Assembly: GCA_013265495.1 (NCBI GenBank)
Contig: MU057801.1
Coordinates: forward strand, 620,001 to 684,000
Length of the DNA stretch: 64,000 nucleotides
Source of the DNA: Vicugna vicugna
Taxonomy: Eukaryota
Direction of reading: 5' to 3'
This document shows positions 22,332 through 36,439 of this stretch, one piece after another. A program made the position numbers and the translations under genes. The notes beneath the pieces are model-generated. The model was not told the DNA's origin. It was given only the letters and a program-made list of their open reading frames with translations, and did no database searches. Position 1 is the first letter of the stretch, and each line of letters begins with the position of its first letter.

Positions 22332-25011
22332 CTTTCGAAAAAGAAGACAATCTCTCAGGAAATTTAATGCATTTTCTTAGTATTGTCAAATGACAAAATA
22401 TTTCACATCTTGTTTACAAAGTCGCAAAAATTACAGATACGTTAACAAAATGTCTTCTTGAGAAAAAGATAAGGTACCCTCAACAGACCAGTTTTCAGGA
22501 CAAATAGAAATATTGGTAGTGGTTAGTAATTAAATATTTAATGAAATAGATGGTATGTATTGTCATAGCACACATACCACTTATTTTTGCTGAAATTAAT
22601 TTTTTTTCATTGTATTGCTTAAAGGTAATTTTGAGGGAGAATCAGAAATACTAATCTTGGAAAATTGATAGGAATTGAATTTGTAACTGGTCTCTTTATA
22701 CAATAAAACACACAATGCCTATCACAAACAGTAGACACATCCTATATTTTAGAGTAAAGAATATCTGAGTAATAACTTTTAAAATAAGTTTTAGTCTTAT
22801 TTATTTTAAGCAACGTGTTGAGACAAAATATTCTTTGTAAGTTGCACAGCCCTTTAAAAATTACCTTTCTCAATTACAGATCAATTTTAAATGTTAATTC
22901 TCTTTGGAACTGACGTATTCCACTACCTTCTGCAATGATCAAAAAGTCATATTCTTCTGAATTTTTTCTGAATGCCCATATATAAAATTAAAATGCTTGC
23001 TCCCCAACCTGCTCACTTGCAGAACAAAAAGGGTCTTCAAACCACTACTTGGAACGAGACGTTCGCTGTAACGTGTATACACTGTTCTTCGGAGTAAGAG
23101 GTCACATCGTGTGCCCATCAAACCCGACATACTGCATGGCTCTCCACACCCACCGTCCCTTTGTGGCCAATATAATTCAGCAATTAAAATCAATCTTTCT
23201 TGAGGTTCTAGAACCACCACATTTCACTGGCTTCTCACCTCTTTAAATCAGAATGGACTGCGTGCTTCAGAACAAGTTAATTAAAAACCCTTGGCGACCA
23301 CGACACCTTCTACCAAAATGCACCCGGTAAAGGGGTGTGACTCCGCCCCAAGAGGCGCCGGGCACCTGCTGTTTCTCCAGCACCAGGGTCACGCAGGAGG
23401 AGCCCCACGTGACTTCAACCCTCGGCCTTCCCAGCTCCAGGCAGCTGTCTGCATCTCTCTCTTCTCTGGCCTAACTTCCGCTCTCGCTCTCAGTCTAGAA
23501 ACCGCACTTTGCATCTTAGTTTGCGGTCATCCCCATGTACTCTGTGTTCTTTCAAAAAGCCTCTTTACTTTCCCCCAGCTTAACGCAGACTCTGGTTGTT
23601 CAACCCACTAAAATCTATATAACTTGGAATTATGCCCAGAATCCTATCTTTACGATTTTAAGAGTCGCTCTTCCTTTGTGTGCGTGCGTGTGTGTACATA
23701 TGAGTGTGTGTTCTCGTATTTTTTACAATCCATTAACCTATTTGTTAAGTGTAATTTGTCAGGAGCAAAGATCTCTCATTTCTAGGAACACCTGCATTTC
23801 TCTGTCACTGTTAGCCTTGCACCATGGAGAGCACTGCGACCCGTAAAATGGTTTTATAACCTAACCTGCTCTCACCTGCCTTGAGTCTTAAGCCACACTC
23901 GTGTACAACAGCTCTTCCCTGCAATTTTCTCTCTTTGAAATTCGTCATGTAACATTTCCATTTAGCGTCCTCCTATTCTGACACGTGCAGTCACCCCTCA
24001 CGGCTAGGAGCTCCTGTCAGTCAGGGCTCTCTGTACCCCAAGGATGTCCTTTGTGATTGTGACTGAGTTTTATCTAACAAGACTCTTTTTCAACCCAATG
24101 GCAATTAACACTGTTTGCTACTATGCTATCTCATAGCACTCCAATTTATGAAACAAAAACTTACTATTTTGTCTTAACTTTAAAAAACTGTCATTCACAA
24201 TCATAACTACACTTCGCTATATTCTCTCTCCGCTCTCCCCCATTTATTTGAAGCCGTGACCGTATTTCAGTCTGCTTGCTTATCTGCCTTCATACGACTT
24301 AATTTCACTGCCCAACTCCTCTTACACAGCTAAGACAGACGGACCACAGCATACACACTTCTATTCCACTTCAACGCCACAAAATTTGGTTTTCTACTCT
24401 AAAGCAAAAGGGGAGGAAAGGGTACTGCCAAGACTCACTGAAAATTTTAATATAGTGAGTGTGGGTAAAGGAGGAATCAAAGATTTTCCCCAAGTTTCTG
24501 GACTGAAAATCTGGGAAGGCCCTGAGACGAAGTCAGGGCAGTTAGGCTCCGGGGGCAGGTGCGGACTCGCGGCTTCAGCTGCGCTTGTGTTAAGTCTGGG
24601 TGTGCTGATGCTGGCAGACGCAGCCAGAATGTTTGCAGACACTGTTGAACGTCTCCTGAGGTACAAGACAATCCCAGTGGAGGACGGCTAACTCACGTAT
24701 CCACTATCTCTGCAAGTTTTGGTTTATCCTCCCTGATTAAAAATACCAGGGAATAAGTGTATGTATTTATAACCTTGCTTTTTCTTACCCAAAAGGGAGC
24801 ACACCATAGAGAGTCTTCTGCACCTTCGTCCCTTCACTTAACAATGGCACCTTTGAAAAAGTTAAGCAAAGCATTTTCCCGACATAGCCCTTACTGGACT
24901 TTCCAGTGTGCGTAAGAGTAATGTGGCAGAATAAATGGTTTTAACATTCACTGATTACGTATCAATGTGTATCTTAAAATTCTAAGCGTTCACCTGGCGT
25001 TCAGCACTTAC

Positions 25012-25070
25012 CTGGCACATTCATTTGGCTCCTCTGTGGCATTCTTCAGTAGGATACTTATGAGGTAATG
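25012..25070 (-). CDS. RALGAPA2: RALGAPA2 exon, 59 nt: HYLISILLKNATEEPNECA(R)
   Basis: Acceptor tgtgtttctag|CAT; donor CAG|gtaagt; phase 0-2; read manually. Confidence 0.94.
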
Positions 25071-25339
25071 CTAGAAACACAAGACGAAGCGAAATAAAAG
25101 CTCTGCTCAGTAGTTGACTCCCTACATGTTCTGTCCGTGTTCCAGGCAGTCAGGGTCTCCTGAAGCACTGGGGTGAGTGCTCTGGAGAGGCCCCCCCACC
25201 CCAGGGAGAATGTGGAGAAGGACGCGGGGCACCAGGGGGGCGGCAGGATGGTCTCCATTGGGGCTTCTCTGGGCAGTGACGCCAGGTGTACAATGAACGC
25301 TGGCGAAGCGACGAGCCTCCCCGACAGGAAAGCCTCGGT

Positions 25340-25650
25340 TTTCCTTGCCTTTAATTGGATGACACCTTGTGCACTGAATTCCATGTTGCAATTGAGTGCT
25401 GTAGCTAGATTAACTGACTCTGGGATTTGAAAAGCATTTTCATTGGCCCCAAAGTCAGTTGAGGAGAGAATGTTTACTTTCATTCTCCAAGGACTAATTT
25501 GGAATTTCAAAATCTTAGCAATATTTAATCAGGCCAATGATGGGGCAGAATACTGAGTTTATTTCAAGCACTTCCTATAAACTAATTTGATGCACTAATG
25601 CAGCATAATTAAACTGATAAAAATCATTACAAAGAACGGTTCATTACATG
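25340..25650. promoter_or_regulatory. Candidate intronic enhancer or conserved non-coding element
   Basis: Dense homeodomain cores (TAATTGG 25352, CTAATTTG twice, TAATC, TAATTAAA), FOX TGTTTAC (25471) and ACAAAG in unique AT-rich sequence. Confidence 0.4.
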
Positions 25651-25915
25651 CTTATGATTCGTAGGCATCAGAAGCAGATCTCATTAAAAAACACCTGCGG
25701 AACCGAAGCATCAGTTACAAGTGCGACATGCTCTCAGTGCAGCTCATTCAGTCCCTCTTCACAGCCTCCTAAAGAAGCAACTACTGACACATTTAAACGC
25801 GCAGCACAACTTTCAGGGACAACAGCACAGTGCGTAGGAGTGGAAGAGAGAACCACAGGCTGGAACTGGAAGGCGCTAAACCTGAGATTCAGATTCGGTC
25901 AAACGCAGTCCGTAC

Positions 25916-26044
25916 CTTGACATCTTCTGTCCCAGGGACGAGGTCAGTCACCTCCGGCACTGACTGCAGCAGAGGGATCTCCCGGTAGGTATTTGGAAAG
26001 CAGACCAGAGACCCGAGAATGGTGAGAGCTTCTGGACGAGGTGC
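25916..26044 (-). CDS. RALGAPA2: RALGAPA2 exon, 129 nt: [43 protein letters not shown]
   Basis: Acceptor ttttgcgtgcag|GCA; donor AAG|gtacgg; within ORF 25889..26071. Confidence 0.96.
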
Positions 26045-26859
26045 CTGCACGCAAAACAGGGAGTGAAACACACGTTTTCCTTTTTGTTAGGGACGTCTGA
26101 CAAGCGACAACATGCTTTACGTTTGTATGATTGTGAGAGGGAACCTTTATCATTATTTTATCCTAGATAATAAATATCAAACTATGCCTGGTTACTTCCC
26201 CCCAGGTGAATGCTTAAGCGAGAGAGGACGACCCAAATGCAGAAGCAAACTTCCAGGGAAGGGAAAGTATCCCTCCCCTTGGCTGGGAACAAGCAGGGTG
26301 AGGACTGCGCCGCGGACTCGCTCAGCGTCAGGAACGCAAGTCCGGCTCAGTCCTGACTGCTTCACCTTTCTCTGTTCTTTTATCTTATTGTTCCTGACAA
26401 AGGAGGGCAAACTGGTAAATGGTATCAAGTAAATATTTTCCCGTAAAGACAGTTCATGAAAATTCCCCAGGGAAAGGGGCTCTAGCTTTCGGGAGGGGAA
26501 GAGAAAAGACACCAGCTACCGAATCTCCTGCTTCCACAGGAGCTACTCGGCCAACACCCAGGTCTGACCTCCGGTGAGACCCAGAAGCCCCCGTTTGTCC
26601 GTTACTGGGATTCGGTGCCCGCTCAAGGAGGCACTTTAATTTAGTAGCTCTCAATTCAGCCGACTTACTAGAAGCCGTGACTGGCCAAGGACAGGGGGAG
26701 GAATCAGAATGACAAAGCTGTCATCCGACACCCACCCGCCTGTCCATCCACCCCTCTGTCTACTTATTATCCTCTAGCAACGATGGAAACTATGGCAGCT
26801 GAGTCCTCACCCTGCTCTGGGCACGGTTCTGAGAGCTGTACCAGCACCTCCTCAGACAA

Positions 26860-27010
26860 CGCCCTCCACAGCCCAACGAAGTGGACAGACACTATGACCA
26901 TTTCCATTTCACAGCTGAGAAAACTGAGGCTCAGACAGGAAGCAGCCTTTCGAGTGATGGACCCTGATTGGAACCGAGGCCTCTGACTTCATGGTCCACA
27001 GCGAGCCTGG
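26860..27010. mobile_element. MIR relic
   Basis: MIR core-like ccatttcacagctgagaaaactgaggctcaga. Confidence 0.7.
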
Positions 27011-30000
27011 ACTGTCACGCACGCAGGTGTGACACGGGAGTTCCCCTCTCTCAGAGAGATGGGGGCAAGTGCGCGGGGTCGGGCTGGGGAGGCACATGAC
27101 GGCGACATGAAAGTCAATGACGCACGTGCTGTAAGAGCCCCACCCGGGGACGTCACGGGAGCCCAGGACATTCGTTCTTTCTGCGCTTGGTTCTCATCAG
27201 CACACAGGCGAGTAGGAGACAGTATAGAACACAGACAGAGTCCAGGAAACAAGTCGAGACGATGCTGCGCTCTGCTCAGCGTGGGGAGGAAGCACTGAAA
27301 CCCTGCCGCCAAGGCCACCGGTGGAGTGGGACTCAGCCAGGCAGGTGAAGAGGGAGGGCTGGGCTGAGGAGGCAGGCGGGGGTGGAAAAGACACAGGCGG
27401 CCTGGACACCACAAACTGTCACCGGCCCCGTGCCCAGAGCCCAGAGCACGCAAGTGTGCGGGCTGGGCCTGGGGCTCTGACGCACAGCACGGGCGACAGT
27501 GACGGCGGCTCTGTGCAAGCATCGGCATCGGGGTGAGGTCACCTTTTGTTCACTGTCTTATTTCATTTTTTAGATACAAAAACTTGAAACAACTACAGCA
27601 AGACATCAAGATTTGCCAAAGCAGGTCAGAGAGCACACAGTTTCTCGTCACGTGAGCTCCACAATGCAAAAGCCACCGGTGGCCTCCAGACCTGGTTGCA
27701 GCCGACCCCGGCAGTGGCTCGGATGCGGCTGACAGTGTCCTGGTGCCTGGGAGCACCGCCGTCACGCGGCTTCTTGGACACCTCATCCATCGCTCCCTGA
27801 CGTGCTGTGTATTCGCTGGATGTTTGCGTCCCCCACGAAGGCAGGAGCTAGGCAGCCCTCATCACGTCTCTCCCCCCAAGCATGCCCAGTGAAACCACCT
27901 GGACACAAAGGGGTGGCTGCGGTCCTGTCGCCGGTGGAAGCCAGCCACGCACAGGCTCTGTGTCAGCTTCACCTCCTCCGTGAAGACGCTTCTCAGGGAC
28001 GTCTCCCTCTCGTCATGCAGAACTAACGAGTCCCACACTGGTGCCCCCACCCCGGGTTCTGGGGGTGATCCTACTGGGGCAGCCGGAGACTCATGTGCAA
28101 ATATTAACACTTGGTTTGCCCGTCTGATTCCTGGAGGGTCGGAACCCTGTCACACTCACGCAGGCAGGCCCTGACACGTAGCAGGACCACAGTCCGTGTT
28201 TCTCCAACAGACTTGTTTATCGGCCTTCGCTCACAGCTGCCCTCTACCCACTAGGTCGTCTGGGTCTGAGCTTCACCGAAGCCGCCTGCTTCCTGAGCAG
28301 CCTTAACTGTGGCGTCCTGTGTGAGCCTGGCTCGCACCGTGGGCCTCCAGGCTGAGCGCTGGACTCTGCAACCACTGGGCACAAAGCACCGGCTCTCACA
28401 TACGTAAAACAAAGAGCTGCTCCACGGCTTCATGCAAAGGATGGAACAAATCTGATCATGTTTTGGCCTCGGCACTGAGCCCACAGTCAGCCCCAATTTA
28501 CGCCCAGAAGAATGAGGCCTGTGTGCGGAAGTGTGTCGCCCAGGACAGGTGGCTGGTACTGGTGCTGCGGGCATGGACCCCAGGCCAGACTGGACGGAGC
28601 TCCGGCATCAAGAATCGGAAGGGAATTCCAGGCAGCACCCGCCTCATGTGCACACCACAGTGCCCCTGCTGTACGCCGGGGACCTCTGGGTTGGTTCTGG
28701 TCTGGGGCTCTTACGAACAGTGCCCGCGAGCACAGACCCCACCGCCTCCGGGTGCCGTGAGCCCGTGTTTGCCCTCCCTCGGCCGCAGCTGCAGGTGCGC
28801 AGCGGGGGCACCCCAAGCTCGCAGTCAACTTGCGTGAACCGGCAATTCTGACAGGGCGGGTGTGCCCCGTCGCAACGCCTCTCTCCAGCTCCTTTATAAC
28901 TTTAAGCCTCCACTTTAAACTAAGAGAGTAATTCAAGGTAATTCCAACCATCACTGTTTCTTTATGTAGCCCTTACATTCATGTTCTCATATACTTTTCT
29001 CTCTCTTTAAAAAATGTTTTCAAAGGCTACTTTAACAGCTCATCTCGCCCGAAGGTAAACTGTTCACAGAGGATGTCCACCACACGTGGTACCACCGCTA
29101 ACCAGAGCGCCGTTCTTCTTACAGGAAACTCTCAGAGCAAGCAAAGGCCGTGCCAGTAAAGTATGATTTCCCTTCCTACATCCTGTATGTTTTTTCAATG
29201 CTGATTTGAATGGTTAAAAATAAATTTGAAAGTTCTTTGAGAATGATTACCCTAAAGCCTTTCTGAGAAATAAGCACAGAAAGTTGTCACAGTCTTCACC
29301 AAAAAACAGCCAAACAAACGCAGTATTTCCCGTCTTGCTTTTCTTCCGCCCGTTCTGCCCTTTGGCTCCGGTCTCTTTTCCCTGCTCCTTTGCTTTCTAA
29401 TTTATCCTTCTAAGAAAAAGCTAGCACATGAAAACACCAGCATGAAACACCAGCCGCACAAAGTATAGGAAAACAACTTACATTTACAGCCCAGGGCTGG
29501 AGCCTGAATGTGCCCTGCCCAGAGGAAATGCGTAGAATGAAAAAATAACAATGCGTCAAACCAAGTTTAGGTAGCTGGACCCTCACTGATTTCAGTGCAA
29601 GTCCCCGGCAGGCAGTAAAGCTAGTTTTATATCCATTCTGAGAGGGAAGAAATGATCTGAACAGGTTAACAGCTGTACAGACGTGATGGCCCTTTAATAA
29701 ACGTGTGAGAGTGTTCTCTCAAAAGGCATGAATACACTGTCCTCATAATGGAGGTAAACATGGAGATTACAAATTAATTCCTTTCGTAGCCCTTAATGCT
29801 CATTTAGTCCACTTGATTCTAATTTTTAAGCACAAGAACTCTGCCAGAATTTTACGGCATGTTGATAAGAAAATTACATTAACTTTGTGGTTACAATTTC
29901 AGTGTTCTAACATTTTAAGAAAGTATTTCCTATTAGGCTTATAATAGCTAAGACTTAGTTAATTAAATGAAACATTATTGATAACGCACACCTAAAATTC

Positions 30001-30333
30001 TCTCTTTACCGCAGACATCTATGTCCGCGCCACCATTTACTGAAAGATGCTAATAAGAGTCTGAGGCGGGTCCCGCCTCTGACTGTGTAAATGTGCTGAA
30101 ATACGAGAGAGGACACGATTCTCACACTCTGGCCTCTTGATGAAACGCCTTTCCGATACCCGGGTGTCATCCTATCCTACAATTTCACACATCAGCTGCC
30201 AGGGCGTCTCCCCGAGAGCCCGGTTTCACGTTGCACTAATGAGTCAACACCTGTTAGGAGTGGAGAAATCTGAACCTTGTTAGCGACTCTGACGCCTCCT
30301 GGGGGCCGGGCTGCCGAGCGCCGTCTCACTCAC

Positions 30334-30462
30334 CGCCAGCGTGTCTGCACTGAGGACCCTGGCTGCGGCTGCGATGAAGTCCCCCAGCAGCATGGAGAAG
30401 CCGGGCAGACCCAGGGAGAAAAAGCGAGGTGGGCAGTGCCTTATGATGGTGTTTAAGACATC
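30334..30462 (-). CDS. RALGAPA2: RALGAPA2 exon, 129 nt: [43 protein letters not shown]
   Basis: Acceptor ctcccccccccag|GAT; donor GCG|gtgagt; within ORF 30280..30537. Confidence 0.96.
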
Positions 30463-33400
30463 CTGGGGGGGGAGATAAGAGAACACAACCGTCACTGGTG
30501 AGAACAGAATCCCAAAGCCATCAGTTTGTCTGTACATACGACTACTGTACGATCATCTCAGAGAACAGAGACTGCGGAAATTCTTCAGTGAAAAGGGTAC
30601 CGGGAGGTGGCTCAGCCCCAGGGCTGCTGTGCTCAATTTACCAGTGGGAGAAGGGGGACACTAAACTGGAGGATGACTCGTCCAAAATCTAAATCGTGGC
30701 ATTGGGCCTAGACATCGCTTCCGTCTTCCAAGGCGAGCTCCGTGGACAAGCTCCAGGAGTGTTGACGTAGACACAGAAGTAGAACCTGCAAACATCGATC
30801 ACTTGCAATATTCTTCAGTTCTCCAAAGTTACAGCACACTGTTACATTAAAACCCTTAAAGCAGGCGAAGAGATGGACACATTCACACTTGCAGAGACTC
30901 CACACGCTAAGCAGTTGGCATGAGGGAGCGCTGTAGCGCTGTGACGGGTCACACGCTAGGGCTGGGTGGTCGGCGGGGCTCCTGGGAGAAGCGGACGGCG
31001 AGATACACGTGCCCGGCGCACGGACCACCTGCTGCTCAGGGTGCAGCGTGTAGACCATCCTCAGCACGGAGGCCTGGTGTCCCTGGGTCTGGGGTGGCCT
31101 CTCATTGGTGGGTGGCCAGCTGGCCCCACCCACCAGCTCTGTTCTGAGGCTGTCACCCCATTCTAGCCTCCACTCGTGCCACAGTCAGGCCACATCTCTG
31201 AAGCCATCTGTGCGAGTGTTTGTGTGCAAAGGGGATTAGTCAGAAAGCCACAAACTGCTTTCATGAAGTTCTAGGTCAAGCACAGTAACCAAACGTAGCG
31301 CGTCACTACAGCTATGTGACCTGAAATCGTACACCCACAGTTAGTCACAAAATCTGAGTACAGTAAAATACTAAAAAAAAAAACAAAAAAACAAAAAAAA
31401 TCTTTTTTCCCCTCAAATTTCAGTGTGGCTATTTGAAAAATCCTTTAAAATAATCCTGATTTGATTAAATTAGAGCAAAGGAGTAGCAACGTGCTAAATT
31501 CTACCCTGTTCGTCCTTTATAATAAAAACAACTTCATTTAGCAACTTGTCATCTTAAAAGAGGATTTTTATGTGTTCACAAAACATTTTTTCTAAGACGT
31601 ATGTTTTCCTAACATAGTGGGCTCATTTAGTTTCTACAAATCATACTGTTTATGTCTTTAAAATGACTGCCTAGCACTTCCTCCATTAAAGCTCATGTAC
31701 GATAAATAGTTCAGCAAGTACTAATACAAGGTTTTAGCATTTCAGCAGACTTTTTCTTATACCAAAAACAAACAGAGAGATAAACAGAGAAACAGATAAA
31801 AGGGAGGAAGGAAGGAGGAAAGGAAAGAAACATCCGAGCACCCTGCTGCCGGGTTAATGTTTAAACCTGCTGCAATCACGTCCTTTGCTGCACGTTAGCG
31901 TCCACAGCGGCCAAGGCAAACATTCTGGGGGCTGAGCAGATGGACGCGGCAGTTTAGAGAGTGTGTGGTCAACTCACGCTCCAAGAGCGGAACAAAAGCT
32001 CCACCTTTCTCGTAACGAAGCCTCTGATTAATGCCCTGGGCTCCTCACCACACACCTGTAATTACTCACAGAGGTGCGCTCTGCGCAGGGCCCTGTCGCT
32101 GAGGATCAGGCACCGAGCCCTCGGGCAGCAGATGGGAGCGGGCTTCTGTTGACATCTGCTGCCTTGAAAGGGTTCGTGCAAGCCTGGCTCGCAAGGTAGC
32201 AGAGCGCCGCGCGTTTGAAGACCAACACTGCAAACAAGCACGATGTTAACTTTGTTTCGTTCGTGTTAATTCCATCTGTCGAGATGAGGAACCGAGCCTG
32301 GAACCCTGCAGGTTTTTCAAATCTTTGGCACATACTTAAAAAATCACCTCTTTTCACCACTGGAATTTAGGGCTTTAATTTTTAAAAAGAAGGTAGTTTG
32401 CTGGGGTAAGTTTATGGGAATCAGGAACTAAGCCCTTTCAACGAGCTGCAGCCAGAATCTGTAAATGAAATCCCTTCTGCTTCACAAGAGTCACATGTGT
32501 CAAGGCAATGAGCTGTACGTGGGGCATTCAAAACAATTACTAAGTTGCCACTGATGCTGAAGAGAGCAGAAATGCGTGCTGCGGGGATCAAGTCACCCGG
32601 CCCCCCACCCCTGGACCTCGGCCAGTCTCTTCAACGGAACCTGCTTCTGCGGGCAAGAAGATTGGAAAGAGAGGGCAAAATAACAGATGGCCAGCCTGGC
32701 CTGCCCGCCACCCACGTAAGACGGCCCCCGGGAGAAGCGGGCCCGCCGCTGCCGCCAGTTAAAGGAGCGCTGGCCAGGGTGAGCGCGGGGGTTAAGGAGG
32801 GAACAAACACACGGCCGGTCGGCCAAGTTAGGGCCATATGCTTGCCTGCGCTGCTTATCCACACACAAGCGGAACAGCCCGAAGACGGCATCTTTGTGAC
32901 AGCAGTCTGAAATAAGGAATAACTGCGGTCCTCGGGAGACAGTCACTGCATCTTGCCCACCGAGCGGGGTCCCCACAGTGCTGCGCTGACCTCTAGAGGG
33001 CCCTGCCTTCGCCTTCCTGCCGCACACGGGCATCGCAGTGACAGCTGGCGTCCTTGGGAAAATGAAAATCTTGAGACGGAACTTCCTCGACCATCTCCAG
33101 GGCGCTTCCCAAACAGCAATTATTCATGTGTGACCCTCATGCTTTTTGTCATATTCGAGTCCAAAGTGAACATTAGTTGTCTGTTTTTCAAAGTAACTCA
33201 CTTCAAAAAACATGTAAATAAGATTATTCTGGAAAACTCGTATCCTGTGTCATAAATAGAATATACCGCTGAAGTCAGTACCACCACGGTAAGCCAAGGC
33301 CACTGAGTTTGTGCTAAGCACCGCAGTCTGACGGGGCGCTCCTTGTCAAGAGGAGGTCAGAGAAGCACTGTGCCCGCTGCAGCCGGCCTGCCCGGGGCCA

Positions 33401-34299
33401 CCGTCCCCGGGGAGCGAGTCCCTGCCACTCAGGCTCCCCGCTCTGTGCCCGCAGTGGGGATGCCCCGTCCTCAGGTCAGACTCTGACACGGTGCAAAGAG
33501 CTGCAGCGCTGGGACACAGGCCAGGGGTCAAGGCCTCGCGGTGCGACCGCGGGCAGACTGCGTCCTGCTCGGGTTTCACGTTTTCTCCCACGAAACAGGC
33601 TGACGCCCCTACAGACTTCGTCTAACGGGAGAGGGGACACGCGCCTTTGCAAACTGAAAAGGCTCGCACACAAGCCAGCAGGGTGACAAGAAGAAACACC
33701 ATTTTAAAAAAGAGAAAGCTGATCAAGAATTTTCACCTTCCAGAATCTAATTCACAGAATTCACTGAACGATGCTCTGCTGATACTCAGAAAGAAATTTT
33801 GAAAACATTTCAAAGGTGGCCCCGAAGCCTCTTACGTGACATTTTCCCAGAAATTAAAAAACTAAAAATTAATGCTCTCAAATAACATCCTTACTTAAGA
33901 GTCACAGCAGCTGGCCGTGGGGTATACAATTTATAAAGCGAGTAACGAAATAAAGGCAGGAAGACTCCGTTTCTAGATTCCCCAGAGTCCATTCTTCTAC
34001 GCTGTTCTAAAATTTACCCCGATTAAGTGCCTCTGGTAGCAAAAACTAGTTTCTTTTCTATATTCTAAAGAGACTGAAAAACAGTCAGCAAAACAATTAG
34101 CTCACTGACAAGCGGGCTCTAGCACAGGAACGAGGTGTGTCCTCGAGGACTGACCAGCATGACGCTCCTGCACGTGCTTCTGTTCAAAGGAAATAAAACC
34201 CAATCTGCAAAACGCTGCAGGATGATGAACAGACCACCAGGCTGGCACTTTCCTCCCATTTTGGGTTGAAAGTCCACACGGATGCTGCACACTGAGCGT

Positions 34300-35090
34300 G
34301 AAAACGAGATGGTCAGATGATAACTGTGGATTTGCAGCTTATCAAAAGATTCTGGTTTATGAGAAAGTAACTGGTGAGAACATCTGTCTCCCATCACGGC
34401 TCTCACAAAAAATCAGGCAATCCAAACAGAGGCGTGCTGCCGCCTCGCCCCCAGAGCACAGTTCTATAAATGCGAACTGCACTCGGCCTGGTAAACGAAT
34501 CGCTTTAATTGAATGCTATGTACACAGTAACTGGAAAAACCGTAAGTGATAAGAAAAACATATGGTGATGGCGACAGAAATCGGTTTATTCATTTTGCAT
34601 AGTGTTGTTCCTTTAGTTCTCTTATAATTGACCTTCAGACGACAAATGTGTAAAATAATTCTGTTTATTATGGCTCCAAACCTTCCAACAATTACACAAA
34701 ATGAAAATTTAAAAGGAAGGATTCGTTCTGGAAGCATTTCCATTGTTGACATAATTGCACAGCGATAATTTAGTGCCCGTGTTGTTATGGAAAATATAAA
34801 AAAGGGCCATTACAGGCCATTTCCATTCAAAATATTGCACAGTGGTGTCAAAAATGGGGGAAAATGTTCACTTTAAAGCAGTTTAAAATGGATTAACCCT
34901 GTAAACAGAAACATTTCAGCGCAGTGTTCTGTGAAATGCAAATGTTCACGAAGCAGCCGTCCCTCAAGCGGACTAGAAACGTCGCGTCTGCACTTTCACA
35001 CCAAGCACGTATATATGATTCACTTAATGCTTGCGCAGGGCCCAGCAGATGATGGCTGTAACACAATAGCCGGCCATCTGCCTCCCTGCC
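34300..35090. promoter_or_regulatory. Candidate intronic enhancer or conserved non-coding element
   Basis: Non-repetitive AT-rich block with octamer ATGCAAAT (34936-34943), FOX TGTAAACA (34900-34907), SOX CATTGTT (34741), several TAAT cores and four CAGATG/CATCTG E-boxes. Confidence 0.45.
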
Positions 35091-36439
35091 TCCTGCGCGG
35101 ACGCGCCTGCTTCCCGGGAGCAGACAGAGCCCAGAGTCACCCAGACCGTCCAGGAGGCCACACAGGGTCGTTCAGAAATGAACCTGCGTACCTGAAGTCA
35201 CTGAGCGCCTCCTTTAATGTTTTACTTTAAGGAAACCAAGAGGCTAGATGGTGAATGGTTGCATTGCTGTTTTTCAGAGAAGGTACCTGTCCTTTACCCA
35301 GGAAACTCTGTGGGAAGGTCTTTTGTTGAGTGAGGCGGGGAGTGTTCCGGGCTGGTTGTCCCATCCATCGGGTTAACAGAAAGACCCTCCTTCAACCTAA
35401 GTGGACCAATTACCAAAAGACGTGAATGTGGAGGGATCCTTGTAATTCTACACCTGGATATAATTTTTTTTTTAGCAATTAAAAAGGCAGGCCCAATCTG
35501 GCAGTACTTCAGGACAAATTTCTACATCTCGATCATTGCCTTATTGGCAAAGCTCAGAAATGCTGAGCGACAAAGAAGTCCTGGCGACCAAAAGGACAGA
35601 TCTGAAGGGCACCCCAGGTGCCAGGGCCTGGTCCTCTGCCTTCTGCCCCCTCAGCACTGACACAAAGACCTCCTCGACACACCACCTGCCTCTTCACTGT
35701 GCACTGCTTCCCGCAGGGGTTTCTGTTGCTAAAAATAAAGCCTTTCTGATGATGGCCTTTAAGAAAAGCACCACAGATCACATCACGAGCGCTGCGCTTC
35801 CAGAAAAGTCAGTGGAAGTCCAAACACGGCAGGACAAAGCTACAATTACTTTCAAGATCTGGGCCAAGGAGTACGTGGTACGTGCTAGAATTATCTGCTC
35901 CAGCGGCAGAGTATGGTGTGATCTGCTTGGAGAGAAGGCAGAGATTTTTATAAGTGCTGGACACATGTGACTTCCCTGGGTGTAACTATGTTACCAAGGC
36001 CAGGAGAAATAGGGCAGGAGTAATTGGGTTCTGCAGCCAGAGAAACAAAATCGCTTCTTGCTTCTGACCACGAAAAATGCTGCGGAGAAGACACTGAGTT
36101 TCCTCGACAGCAGCAGGCAGAGGAAAAAAGGAGTGACAGACAGAACTTCCGATGGTCGGAAGAGCTGCTCTAACCATTTGCGTGGGATCCGAACAGGCGG
36201 GCAGACGGCAGAGAAAAGTCCCCGCCACCCTGAAGCCCTGACGGGGAGCCTCGGATGTTTGCATGACAGCTTCACAATTAATCCCAAACTCGGCTCCCTT
36301 GCACTGACCAAGAATGCCTGCCTGCTTCAGGGAAAGGGGGAGACTGGCTGGTTAACTGATTTTAAAAAATTCGCTGCATGAATTTTATCTGACACTGGAG
36401 TTGAGATGTCACCAGGTTGTCTTAACTGCTTCTTTTTCT

